Assembly (NCBI GenBank): GCA_039096225.1
Contig: JBBPEB010000032.1
Location: 620,001 to 684,000, forward strand
Source of the DNA: Blastocystis sp. Blastoise
Lineage: Eukaryota > Protista > Bigyra: Opalinata
Length of the DNA: 64,000 nt
Direction of reading: 5' to 3'
Position 1 is the stretch's first letter. The number at the start of each line of letters is the position of its first letter. The notes under the pieces are model-generated. The model ran no database searches. It had not been told where the DNA came from and worked only from the letters and a program-made list of their open reading frames with translations. The position numbers and the translations under genes are program-made. This document shows positions 36,722 to 50,500 of this stretch, piece after piece.

Positions 36722-39456
36722 TCAATCGAGTTTCTTTTTCTTTAATTTATCTATATATAATTAAGAATAGATTCTATATTATGTGAATTATGAATATAAT
36801 ACTTATAATATACATACGCTCTAAAACAGTAGTTATAAGTGATGAAGAATCAATGATATCAGAAGTTAATCCAATTGTCATTTGGGTTGTTGGATTAATA
36901 GTGTTTCTGTATTTGTTTTTTATATACACGAGATGACTGAAACCGCTCTCACAGAGATATGAAGTTGCAAAGGGAAGAAAACATTTCTTGGCTATATCAT
37001 ATAATAATGGAAAACGACTCTTATGGCTTATATAGAACTCATCTATTGGTACGTTATTAAATTCTTCTCTACATGTTTTATCAGCAAGTAAACAGAAATA
37101 CTCTTCTTTAACATGAAACTCCATTTTATTTTCGTCAGCTACTTTTGAAAATGGATTAGTAATCCAATATAAAGAATGATCAATAAGATTAGTTGTTGGT
37201 GTATTTTTTGGTTTTTTTATGTTACTATTCGTTTTCTTCTGCTTTTTATTCTTTTGTACTTCTCCTTGATTTGTATTATTACTTATTTCATTTGGAATGA
37301 TTGCCCCAAGAGTTATTATACAATTGATATTAGCCTGAATTATATTTATATTACTAATGATTCCATTGTATTGTCCTTGAATACTACTATTAGGGAAATT
37401 ATTAAGAACACCAGAAATACTACCTAAAGTGTATCCATATACTAAATATGGAAAGTCAATTCTAATCGTTACTTGAGTTTCTATTAATTGCTGAGTAACT
37501 ATGTCAACATAGGTTATTAAGCCATTTACAACTCCATTTGGAGATACGCAACCTTGTAATGATCCAAGAATATTAAATTGGTTTGATACTACTGATGTAT
37601 TGTTATTAACATTACTATTCACTTCATGAGATATATTTGATGTATTATGTGTATTTTCTTGGTCTATTAAATATTCATTAAGGTCTTGAAGATACGATTC
37701 ATCACTACCAATATAATTTAGTATTTCTGGGAAATAATTCAGTAAATTACGTCGAAGAGTTATTAGATGATTTTTGATATAAAATATGATTGAATTAATA
37801 TCAAGCTTGGTTGTAGATACATAATCCTTAAGTTTCGTAAATGATGAATAATCGTTATTATTTATTAGTCTTTCTAATCTCAACGATAATTTTATAAATA
37901 AATCCTTCATAATGTCTATTAACCCAAATATATATCTATGCTGTCCTTGCATTGATTTATTACAATCATAGAATAAACTGGTAACATCCTCAAGGTATAA
38001 CATTGAAGCTATGAAGTTAGTATCAATAATGGTGTTATATAAGTCCTTCTTTTCTTTATCCTTTTTTATTACTAGTGTTATTCCATTTCTAAGTAAATTA
38101 AATCTTTTAATTGATGAATGGCATGAAAGCCATCTTGTAGGGCAATAAAGGAGAAGTTTATAACTTCTAATATTTTTTTCCTTTTTTTCTTCCTTCTTAT
38201 CATTACTATAAACTTCATGAATATTATTATCTATATTATTATCTGTATCAGATGTATCTAAAAGGGATTCAACTACTTTATTATATTCTATCTCTAAAGA
38301 AGATATATTATTAGGGGAATCAGGTATGTTATCTTGAGGAGAGAAGATAGAAGAGGTTAATGAATATTCATTATCAATATTGTAATTATTGGATTCGTCT
38401 TGTCTAACAGCAGACTTCTTTATATATGAAATTATCTCAACAGCACTTTTGAATATATTAGTGAAGTATTTTGGTAAACAGTTTACACAGAGTTCTTCTC
38501 TATGAAGAAAACAGTGGATGAACATACAATTCTTATTCTTCTCTAGTACTCGTGTTTTGAAGGAGTTTTTGTCTCCATTCATATTCGAAGCACCGTCAAA
38601 AGTAGCTGATACGCAATTATTCCACAGAAGGTTATTATTATTAAAGAAATTATCTACCATGTTAAATATATTATCACCTGTTTTGGAACTAATCTGAAAA
38701 ATACTTAAAAATGATTCAGTAAACTTTTTATTATATTCGTATCTAGCATAAACGAGTAAATAGGATTTCATTTCTATGTCAGTTGACTCGTCAAGCTGAA
38801 TAGAAAATGATCCTGATTGTCTTATCCTATTTATTACTTCTTGTTGAATTGTCAAAGCAATTTCATCACTTTTTCTTTTGATACTGCTTGAGGATAACGG
38901 AAGATTAGAAAGGACTTTGACATTCTTTAACCTTTCATATTCTTCAATAATAGGTTTAACTAATTTTTCTCCAGTTCTGTAGCTGTATCCATTCTTTGAA
39001 ATGGAGTAGGCGATGAAATATGAAAGCTTACTGGATAAATCTGAAAAGCTAAAGAGAGAATTTGAGTATTCTGTGTTTTCATTATGATCTTTTAAGAGTT
39101 CTTGAATGTCATCATATGTATATTTGCTTAACCCATGTTTATTCTTGAAATGAGTGAAGAGTTTTGAGGCTTCATAACCTTTACACGTGAGAGTAGACTC
39201 ACAGATTAAACAAAAATAGGAGTTTTTTGTTAATTTTTTAAATCCATAAACAACTGGATTGGCATTATATCTTTTAACTCCTTCTTTTACTTCACTATAA
39301 TATTTGGATTTAGGATTAATATCTGGTTTATTATTCGTTTCTTCTGTAATTATGTCATCATCTTTTTTTTTTTCGTCTGTTGTAGACTTGTCAATCTATA
39401 TATATATATATATATTACTATTAATATACTTGTAATTTTTTAAAGTACTGTTCCAT
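36722..39456 (-). CDS. hAT transposase (Buster/Charlie clade, ZBED5/SCAND3/FAM200-like) with BED finger and complete DDE triad
   Basis: ATG 39456, 34-nt intron 39429-39396, then one open frame extending ORF 36774..38855 upstream. Motifs: BED-like 'CLICESTLTCKGYEASKLFTHFKNKH', 'SYFIAYSISK...TGEKLVKP', 'LPLSSSSIKRK', 'FSIQLDESTD' (D), 'TFDGASNM' (D), 'HCFLHRE' (CxxH), 'TRWLS' and 'FATSYLCESGFS' (E). A probable last intron (~36817-36751) gives the end HKLKKKKLD* at 36722. Confidence 0.93.
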
Positions 39457-39779
39457 GTATTTAAACAATAAAAAAAGTTTATCTAATATAGAATGTTCTT
39501 TTTGGTTTAGCAAAACATTTTCCCTTATATTTTTGTTTTTCCCGTGTTTTCATCACTTAAAATAACTATGAAAATCACGGTAATAAAAAAGTAACTTTGT
39601 TATTTAAGCGCAAAAATTTTGGTCCTTTCGCTTAACGAGTAACTACGTGGTGACCCCTGTTTTTCCTGGAAAGGCGATATTCGTTAGAATAAAGCCATTT
39701 GGTCGAATTTATAAAGATTTCTCAATGTTTTCTTATGATATATGATTTTTAGGTCAACTGTTTTTATCAATTACTAAGC

Positions 39780-41933
39780 ATGTCCTCAGAAAAGAAAGCC
39801 CTCGAATCTGTGAATCAACCATTGAGTATATTTACATATACATTAAATTTGTATACAATTCAGTACCTGATGAAAATCAACCATTGGAGAAACAAATGAG
39901 CACTACCTGTAAGAGTCAATATATTCTATCTATAAATCAATTTAGCTCTTGGCTCTACACGATCGAAATCAGATTCTACAGTCTCTATTAATATGATTAT
40001 TGGAGAAGATCATTATGATGGAAACGCTTCTTCTCTAGGATCTATTATTAATATTTCTAATAATATTTTTGGTAGTGGTCTCTTGACACTACCTTATATT
40101 TTTAGAATGTTTTCTTTCTTTCCAGCCATTATTGTCATTACATGTGTATTCTTCTTAAGTTTGTTCTCTTTTATATTACTTGCAAAAACATGTAATATGA
40201 CAAGACAATACAATTATAGAGATATGTGTACTATATTATTTGGAAAAGCATGGGGTTATGTTGTCCAAGTTATTATGCTTCTTTATGCAACTGGATCTTG
40301 TATAGCTTATGCCACAGTTATTGGAGATAATTTTGTTGGAGTATTTCAAAACTTCTTTCCTGATATTGAATTCTTACATACAAGAGTTTATGTTGTTTGT
40401 CTTATTATTTTATTATTCATATTCCCAATCTCTTTTTTCAAAAGTATGCTTTTTTTTTGTCATTGATTTCTTTTTTTTTTAAATAATAATAAGACAAGCA
40501 AAATATAATTTTATGTATTTATAGATTTGAATGGATTGAAATTCACTTCTTTTTTAGCTCTTATAGGAGTTGGAATTTGTATTAGTGTTACAATCATTGA
40601 AGAATGTAATTTTGGTCAAGTGAATTCTACTGTAAAATGGTTTGATATTACTGCCAGTTCATTTTCAGCTCTTCCTATGATATGTGTTGCATTCAACACT
40701 CACTATAATGCTCCACGTTATTACTATGTATGTCATAAATATGTTATCATATATTATTCATATAGTTTTCAATATTTGTATATTATTTCTTATGAAAATA
40801 TAACAATTAATTGCCATTATTGTTTAATTTTTTCTTGTTTATAGGAATTAAAAGATAGATCTATTCCTAAATTGAGATATATTCTATTATGTTCATTTGG
40901 AATAGGCTTACTATTTTATATTATTATTGGAAGTATATATATATATTTATTTATTATGAAGTCCATCTGTGTTCTATTTTTGTTTTTTATAGTTGCTGGT
41001 TATTTACAATTTGGAGTTGAGGCTCAAGGAAATATTTTACTTAATTATGATATTTGTATTTATTCTTTATAATAAAGTTATAACTTTTTTTTTATTAGTT
41101 TTTGTTTAATGATTGAATTTACTTTATGTATCCTATCTATATATTAGACTCTATTTTTGCTACTTTGGGTCGTTTAGGAATGGGTATTTGTATTGTATTC
41201 AGTTATCCATTAGCTTATATGTCTGTTCGTAATTCATTACATATCTTAGTTTTCCCTAATGTCAATGAAGAATCTATTCTCTATCGTCTTCTGTATATAG
41301 ATATATAGTCATTTATTTGTTGTTGTTTTTTTTTAATATTATGTTTTTATTATTATTATTATATTTATATTATTTAATTATTACACTTTACAATTAAAAT
41401 TTATATATATATAAAATACTAAAATTATACTGTTTTCTACTTTTTTTATTTTCTTTCTACCTATAGTTGTTCTGTCTTTATTATTTCTATTACTGTTTTC
41501 TTATCACTTGTGATTGGTAATATTGAGACAATCGTTGGATTTAATGGTAGTTTATTTGGTGGTATTATTGTATTCGTTATTCCTGGATTCTTATATATAG
41601 AGTATATTTTTTATTTATATATATATTTTTTTTTCATATCTATATATATCACCATTTATTATTCATATAACATTATATTCTTAGTTTTTTCTTTTATATT
41701 ATTTTGTTCATATATATTTATTATTTGTTTCGATATATAGAAGCTAAAAAGGCAATTACAGACAATATTTGGACTTCCGTCAATATCTATATAGCCATTC
41801 TTTCCATTATTATTGGTATATATATATTTATTATAATTCATTAATTTATCTTTATTCTTTTTATTTATTTTATATAGGTATAGCAACATGTATTGGAGGT
41901 ACTTATTTACAAATCATGAAGCTTATTAATTAG
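39780..41933 (+). CDS. Amino-acid transporter, SLC38/AAAP (Aa_trans) family
   Basis: 'SIINISNNIFGSGLLTLPYIF', 'GSCIAY', 'LKFTSFLAL', 'LPMICVAFNTHYN', 'AGYLQFG...GNILLNY', 'FSYPL' and 'GSLFGGIIVFVIPGFLY'. ATG 39780, TAG 41931-41933; multi-exon. Confidence 0.92.
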
Positions 41934-42699
41934 TGTTTTCATTTTTTTTTTTCTTAAATTTATTTGTTGCCATTATTCTAGAATTATTAGAATTGTTTCT
42001 TTTTTTTTATTGGGTTATTTATTGTTTCTGTATAAATTATGTGTTTTATTATAACTTATTATCGAGTTGGATTATTTATAATCGTATTTCAATATTTTTT
42101 TTACGATTAAAAATACACATTAAAATAAAAATTACGAACAAAATGAACAATGATTTTTTAATTATTATACTGATTTTAACTAAAGTGTTCGTCATCGTTT
42201 TGAATGAAATCCACTTACATGAAATAGTAAAACTTTTACGTAAGCAATCTTATTTTGTATTTTTTAGATATTCTAGTTATTTTATACATAAAAATATAAA
42301 AGAATAATAAAATAGTCAAAGTAATCTTCACAAGAATAATCCAAACTTATATTATTAACAGAAAAACTAATTTACATGTATAATATATACGTTTATACAT
42401 GCAAAAAATATATATTTAATAATTTTAAACAAAATAATAATCAGAAAATATTTTTTTTTATTTAGTTCCATCTTTACTATTTATTTATATTGATTATTTA
42501 CACAAAATTTAGATTATTCTATTTTTTTTGCATTATAAAAGTAGTTACTTCATTTTACTTATATATACGAATACGTATATGTATCATCATTAAGAATACA
42601 TATATCTTCATTTTATTTCAATCAAATAATTGATTTGATGTTAGAAAATAACAATGTCATCTCTTCTAATATATGCTTGTGAAGCAAAGCTTTACAGAG

Positions 42700-42771
42700 G
42701 CGCCACTGGTCTAATGGTTAGGATTCCACCCTTCCAAGGTGGAGGTCCGGGTTCAATTCCCGGGTAGCGCA
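42700..42771 (+). tRNA. tRNA-Gly (anticodon TCC)
   Basis: Acceptor stem GCGCCAC/GTAGCGC with one C-A mismatch. Anticodon arm CCACC-CTTCCAA-GGTGG, T arm CCGGG-TTCAATT-CCCGG, and a downstream T6 terminator. Confidence 0.93.
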
Positions 42772-42846
42772 ACTTTTTTGTTATATTTATTTTTAATACT
42801 AACTTTTATTTATTATTTTTTTTAACTTTAATTTTTTTGTTTTAAA

Positions 42847-43526
42847 TAGAGACTTGCAAAATTATTCCCGCGGGAATTTTAAAAATTGCACTTCTTAAAT
42901 TGCACTTTTTTTATTTGAATTGACAAAAATGTATTATTGCCACAATTAGCTATATTTATGGTTGCTATGCTCTAGTCTTGATCAGTATATCTGTAATAGT
43001 GTGTGATTGTTTCATTTTTAAAGGAATTAATGTTCTTGTGGCACTTTAGCAGAAAATATTAGACATTCCATTTACAAAAGTCTTTTTAAATGGTCTTAAA
43101 GATTGATATATGAAACTAAAATGCATTCTTAGTGTTTCTAGTCATATACAACTGAGAATTATAAAAGTCACTGTTAAATTATAACGAAATTAAGTGATTA
43201 TCCTTCAAATTATTTTATGTGGATTTATCTAACATTTTATCTTTCATTATTATCTAGATTATATATAAAGCATCTTAGATATGAAAAATAATATAAAGAA
43301 GAAAATATGACAACACATTTCCCCATTCATTTCCATAAAAATTGAAATTTAATTTTTTTTTTACCAAATTCAATTCGATACAAGACATCATTCTAAGCTC
43401 ATTTATGAAGGTTCCACTTGAAACAACCTATTTAAACCACTTAATTGTGGCAAAAGTTAAAAAATTGCACTTTTTTTTTTGTGACCCTAAAAATTGCACT
43501 TTTTACCCGGGAATGTCAAGTCTCTA
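42847..43526. mobile_element. Non-autonomous hAT-type element / MITE (680 bp)
   Basis: Perfect 10-bp TIR TAGAGACTTG...CAAGTCTCTA, with ATTCCCG mirrored just inside both ends. 8-bp TSD GTTTTAAA at 42839-42846 and 43527-43534. Subterminal AAATTGCAC occurs twice near each end. No coding capacity. Confidence 0.9.
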
Positions 43527-44039
43527 GTTTTAAATAAACGCACTTGTAGGCAGGTTTTTGTTGTTTAGCAAAGTGGCGCTTGGACCACCACAGACAGCCT
43601 CAAAAACAACCACCGCCTGGTGCTGGAAAAACCACATACCGACGGAAAGGTTACCACCAACCGGCGCTTCGAGGACCATTTTTGACTGTGAACAATTTTT
43701 TTTAAGAAGCAGTTTCAGAAATATTTTTGGCGGAAACAACACCACTTTTTGCCTCTTGACGAACATAAACACGCGAAATAAAAACACATATTTACTCTTA
43801 TTTAGCGTAAAGTGGGTATTAATGACACATTAACAGGGTCTAATAAGTTATTTTAGAAGTCATTTACATTTAATTAAGATTCTTTTTTATTCTCAAAACA
43901 ACTCATTTTCATCTCAATTGTAGTATAATAAAATAACAATAAAAATAACAAAATACAAAAATAATAAATAAATAATTAATAAATTAACATAGTATTTTAA
44001 TATGTTTAACAGCCATCCCAAAGCATTGTTTTTTGACCA

Positions 44040-44400
44040 TTTTGAGTAGCTATAAAAATGTAATTATAGAAATGTTGATAATATAATAATAATAAATAAC
44101 ATACCTTATATAGAATATATCAAAAGCAATCGTCCCTTCTAATTCTATACCAGTTCTGACAGCCTATAAAAAGAAAATCATAGAATTGATCAAAAATATA
44201 ATAATAATAAATAGCATACCTTTTACAAACACATCAAGCGCCACCTCATCTTTAGTTTCAAAACTATTCTGAAAGACTATAAAAAGTTTAAAATAAAAAT
44301 GATAAAAATATAATAATAATAAATAGCATACCTTGAACACACACATCAAGAACCGATTATACTTCAAGGACCACCAGCTAGAAGAAGACAACTTTCAAAC
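44040..44400 (-). repeat. Three diverged tandem ~112-115 bp exon+intron-like units inside the CACTA-like element
   Basis: On the minus strand, 'TTGAT(G/A)T....AAG|GTATG(C/T)TATTTATTATTATTATATT' recurs with donors at ~44331, ~44219 and ~44104; each intron-like segment ends in TTTATAG. Confidence 0.65.
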
Positions 44401-45599
44401 CAAGTCATTCCTGTTCAGTAGAGCACTAAAGACGAAGTCCTAACTTAATCCAAGAAAAACATTGTGCTCATCTTCTATTTGTTTGAGTCATAAATGATAA
44501 CTATATAATAGAATATATGTAAGAATAATGATACATACCATCATAATTCAAAAACAGCAACAACACAATATTTAATAAATAAAAAAATTATGTGAAAATC
44601 TTTTATAAAAAAAATTAAAATCCAGCCCCAAAACGGAATTTGTAAAAAATTTCACTACATAAAAACAAATTTTAATTTTACCCCCTCAGTGGTTTCTCTT
44701 TTTTTATCTCTTGAGAGACTGAATACTAAAAAGTTAACATAGTTTAAATGTTACTGTCTATTTATAATCAATGACTATTATTTTTATTTTTGTGTTATGG
44801 TAAGTAAAATTAGGTCACTGAAAGAGCAATGACCAATTTTGAACACAATGAAAACCATATTGTGTTTAATTGTGTAATTATATTAATTATATACTGCTTC
44901 ATTATGATAGTTAGGTCATTTAAAAAAAGAAAATGTTAAATCTGATATACTTTTACAAACTGATTGACTAATTCTTTTAAAAATATTTTTTATGAATAAT
45001 TACTGGTTCTTTTTATTGCTACATACTTGTAGAAATGAATGTATAAAGAAATAAGTTTTTAGTGAATCAATTCAAAGAGTATTAATAGAAATTAAAGTGT
45101 AAAAAAAAATATTACTATAAACAAAACTATATATGTATAAACCTCTTACTTATTTAGCTAGAAACGTTAATAATAAACTAATTAATATTCTTATGATATA
45201 AAATAAAAGAAGAAATAAATAAATTAAACAAAATAATATTATAAACGAATATATATATAGTATTTAGTAGATAATAAAAAGAATAATAACATGAAATAGT
45301 AATTAAATATATATAATATTTTATTCCAGTTTATTATGTTCATAAAGCGTTCGTTCGATTGATTGTAAGAGAAGTTAACAGAAGAATGGATAGAGAAGCT
45401 TATTTTATATAAATAATACTAATAATAATAAGATATAGATTTAGTATAATAGATTAAGAAGAAGGTAAGATTAATAATAATAATAATAATAATAGTTATA
45501 TATACTAATAGCTTCATTAATTTAAAACAACTAAATATAATCTTCTGTATATATATAAGAAACATAAACTTCATTTTCCCCTATATATAATTCTTTTAT

Positions 45600-46675
45600 A
45601 GCTCCTATATTTTAGCTATTATTATTTCATCATTTTATTTAATATTCTTCTGTTATTGTATAGTTAAAAAAACAAGTTGATACAATACATACCTTTAAAT
45701 ATATATGTATAATAAAGTGGCATATAGTAAAGAATGTCAGGCTTCATATATATATTGGGATATAAATTGAAGAGAAGGGATATAAATTAATAGAATTGCA
45801 GCATAATCTGACTTTCAAAATCATTTTGATAGTTGTTGAAATTGTTCATGACATAATAGGAGAGATGAGGAAGTAGTATATATATAGAATCATAGGTATC
45901 AGATCTATATTGACCCACAATTTGTGAGAGTAGTTGAAGACCTAAAAGGGGAGGTAAGGTGACTGTAGTGGGTAGGCAGTGGGTAGAGACGGTAGTGGGA
46001 GGGGTTTGAATGGGTGTTGGGGAGGTAGTTGTTATATATAGAGAGGAATCAGGATTTGTAGGTAGAGAGAATAGGTAGGAGATCAGAGAAGGAAGTAAAG
46101 GAAGACTATATATATAGTTATATATAATAATAATAATAATATGCTTTATTAAGATATTATAAATAAATAATAAAACAAAATACATTTCTTTTTTCATAAT
46201 ATTAATATAACTCTTTAATAAGTTGACAATAAGTACATATACATCTAATGTATTAATATATATAGAAGAGAGAGAAGTAATCATATTCATAATCTCTATT
46301 AATTCTTCATTTACATGTAAATAAAAAGGATTTAAATCTGGTTGGCGGGGAAGAGGGACTGATGAATTCTCAATTTGGCGGGAACTGAATGTTTGTAATC
46401 CATCAAGAATAGATGTCAAACAATTTATTATATAAGTCATATAATCATCTATATATATGTATATATAATAATAATAATAATAATAAATATTTACAAATAT
46501 ATAAATATAAAATATAATCATAATCTTAATAATAATATATATAATTACGAATAATTTGTTCATTAGAAATATTATTATTTGAGGGGTTTTGGTTATGAAT
46601 ACAGGCACTTATATTGGATATACAGAAACGAATAGAACTCTATATATATGTATATATATATGCTGAAATATAAAC

Positions 46676-46732
<57 letters not shown>

Positions 46733-47126
46733 TTTATATACCTTATGAAAATCAAAATCTTGTCGAAGTAAACGTGTGAATGAACATATTTCAAACAATA
46801 TATATAAGTATTCTAAGGGTAGTGAAGAAGGTACTGAAGGGTAGGGAGAAAGAAGAAGAGAAGGCTTATATAATAATAATAAATATAATAATAATATCAA
46901 ATATAATAATAATAATACATATAATAATATATGCATACCTTAAGTAATGTATATAGTTCTTCTAGTTGTTCATCAGTAATAAATATTTTATGTATATATT
47001 TATTTAGTAAATATCCACTTCTCTTCATAAGTCCTTTTTCTTGGCATTGTAAACCAAGTATATATATAGAGAAACAAACGTCATATGTATTCTCCATTGA
47101 AGAAAGAAGATTTGTATATCTATAAC

Positions 47127-47193
<67 letters not shown>

Positions 47194-47352
47194 ATAGTAA
47201 ATAATAATAAATGTGATAATAATTATAAGTCTATATTTACCTATATATAGTTTCTTCAAGAATAGAAATAACAAACACATGCTTATGGGCAGCATAATCG
47301 CGGTTATTCGAGAAACACATTAACATATTCACAACAAATGGACCCATAGAAT

Positions 47353-47426
<74 letters not shown>

Positions 47427-50400
47427 AAAAAAGTAATGCAACCAATTTAGATATAATAATAAAAAAAAATAAAACAATAATAATAATAATAATAATAAAC
47501 ATTATAATAATAATGCTATATACCCTTCAATGTTGAGTCTCCAAATACAGATATTAAATGATAAAGAGCTTCTATATATCTCCATGTATATTTCGAGTGA
47601 TCCCCGCGGGGATCAGCAAGATTTTGTTGAAGTTGTTCTAAGAGTAATGTAACATAGCTACCTACTTTTGTAGGATTATTCTTTAATATAGTTTGTGCCA
47701 ATTTATAAACTTTTGTTTGATAATCATATATATCAATGTTAAGAGATAAATCTTCAGATAAATCAAAATTTTCAGGGAACCTATATATATATATAATATT
47801 ATGTAGATTCTAATTGAATCAATAATAATTTAAATAAATAAAATAAAATAAAATAAAATAAAATAAAATAAAATAAAATAAAATAAAATAAAATAAAATA
47901 AAATAAAATAAAATAAAATAAAATAAAATAAAATAAAATAAAATAAAATAAAATAAATAATATATATATACATCATTTGTTGAATAATCGAGTCCATGAC
48001 AGAAGGGAGAAGAGATAGAGAAGGGAAGAGAGAGAGGAAATAAGGTTGTTCAATATGACTGCAATAATCGTGGAAATGAAGGAAAATTAATAAAGAACGA
48101 GTAGAATAGATTTAAAATAGAATAAAAATAGAATAGTATAAATATGAAAGGATATAATTAATATTTCAAGAACAGGGTATACACAGGGTGAGGGATAAAA
48201 TGTGACTTTCCCAAGGAAATCGAGAGATATAGAGAAATAAATAGAAAGAAGAGATGCAAGACGATTATCAGCCTGTATAATAAATGGAATAATAAATATA
48301 ATGATAAAATAATATTAATAAAAAAATAATAATGATAATAAGTAGAAAATAAAAATAATAAATAGAATAATAAAACATAATAATAAATAGCTATATATAA
48401 TATATACATCATTCTTAATAAATACATGAAATTGAGCCAGTTCATATCCAATAATATTAATCAGTTCCGCTAGAATAACAAGGAAGTCCATATCAATATC
48501 TACAGGAGAAGAGAAAGAAAGAGAAGGAGAGAGAGTAGTATATATAGAAGGTAAGAAGTTAAAGAAGAAGAGATAGTTGTATATATAGAAGGAGAGAAAT
48601 AAATGTATTAAATATAATAATAAAATATAGAATAATAATAATAATAATAATATATAAAAGATATATATTGAGTAGAATGAGACAGTTAATCTTATCATCT
48701 AGACTCATACCTTTATCAATTATTATAGCTATCATCAACTTTATTTATTGAATATATTATAAAAGTCTTCACAAAAGCCATTAATAAAATGAGATGAATT
48801 CGATATATATAAGTCAAAATATTTATGGTAATTCTGTAATATTCATAGACATATACAGAACAGACTCTATATATACATATAAAAAATAATATGTATACTA
48901 AGTATAATAATAATTTAAGAAATAGGTATAATGATAATAATATATATACAATCATTTCACTATTATTACAATCTAAATAACACCCCAATTGTGATTTAGT
49001 AATACAGAAAGAACGGTTTCTAACAAACTATGTTAATAATAAAAAATATAATAATAGTAATAATATACAGTTTATTAACCTTCAACAAATAGTGCTTTAT
49101 TCACGATTATATATAGAAGAATTGAAAAAGAGACATACCTATAGAATAAGGACAGTAATTAAGGAGACTATATATATATTAAGAGTAACTATTATATTTA
49201 TATAAATAATATTATAATAAATAAAAGAATACATAATAATAATATAATCTATATCTTCATTTATTGTGTTCATTAACGAATATTCTTTATGATAATAGTG
49301 TTCATTTTAAAGCTCTTTCTGTAAGTGACATTAATTGTTTTTGTATAGATATATAGAATAAGGAATACTATCAAGAGACTAAGTATAAGAAAATTGAGAA
49401 GACAAAGAAGGTATTGAAATACTATTTATAAAGATACTAAAGATTATGATTATAATAAAGATGATAATGATATATATATACAGAATATATTGTTTATTTT
49501 TATATAATGAATTAAATATAGTAGTAATAGAAGCAGATTCAGTATGTATTTTAATATATATTTTAATACATTTGTAAACTATAGAATAATAATAATATAA
49601 TAAAAGGATAAAAGGTAATTATAATAATATATATAGTGTATATATATGGTTTTCTATAGATTCAATAAGACAGATACATAATAAATTTCTATAAAAACTC
49701 ACTATTTCTGTTAGCTTGTTCATTTGAATATACCTGTAAAGTATTATTTAATTAATATATATATATACTATTATTATAAATTTTGTTAAAAAAACATCTT
49801 TCTTTTGTATCTTACTTTTTATTATTTTTGTATATAATAATATTATTTAAAAACCTAAATATAAATAAATATAAATATATTCATATATATTAAATAAAAA
49901 ATGTATATATATGTATATATTCTTCTTAATAATAAAAAAGTATACATATATACCATCATATTCAATTAAAATTGTTTTAAACATCATTTGTTAATTAAAA
50001 ATTTCCTATATAAACCATAAATAAGATAAAAACTATTATAAAAAATATATTATTAAAAAAATATTATTAATAATTAAAAGTAATATATATATATATAATA
50101 AAATATTGAACTATAGAACTAACTGTAAATATACAATAAAATAACTATATTCAGTATATTTAAAGTTAATATAATTAGAATAGCATTGTAAAATAATATA
50201 AATTAAATAAAAAACAAAATTAAATAAAAAATATATATGTATAAATATTTACCTATAAGAATTTTTGTATTTGTTTTTGTTTCTTAATTTTGAATATTTA
50301 ATAACCCAAGATGACATTATTGTAGTATATTTAATATCCTAAATTAAAATAAATAAATAATATAAAATAATAAATATATACAAAAAAAAATGATCTCCCA

Positions 50401-50500
50401 TTCTCTCCCATTTTGAATTTCTTGAATTTATTTTGATTTGAAACTGTTCATATACCTTTTCAGAGTACCTTGAATCATTCCAATTATCAATAACCTATAT
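45600..50500 (-). pseudogene. XPOT: Exportin-T (XPOT/Los1/PAUSED) copy with introns, in-frame stops and frameshifts; cargo of the CACTA-like element
   Basis: 'IIDKGMSLDDKI', 'WRYIEALYHLISVFGD', 'HKHVFVISILEETIYRY...GLQCQEKGLMKRSGYLLNKYI' and 'YLYILFE' follow exportin-T motif order. In-frame TGA at 48845-48843 ('ICL*ILQNY'), frame breaks at ~48750, and stops at 45789-45787 and downstream. Both boundaries are approximate. Confidence 0.75.
47836..47955. repeat. Intronic (AAAAT)n pentamer repeat
   Basis: Directly visible. Confidence 0.95.

Noticed and set aside
43530-43833. GC-richer ORFs 43530..43787 (-) and 43558..43833 (+)
   Set aside because: They coincide with the CACTA-like TIR and subterminal motif array and show no recognisable protein features.
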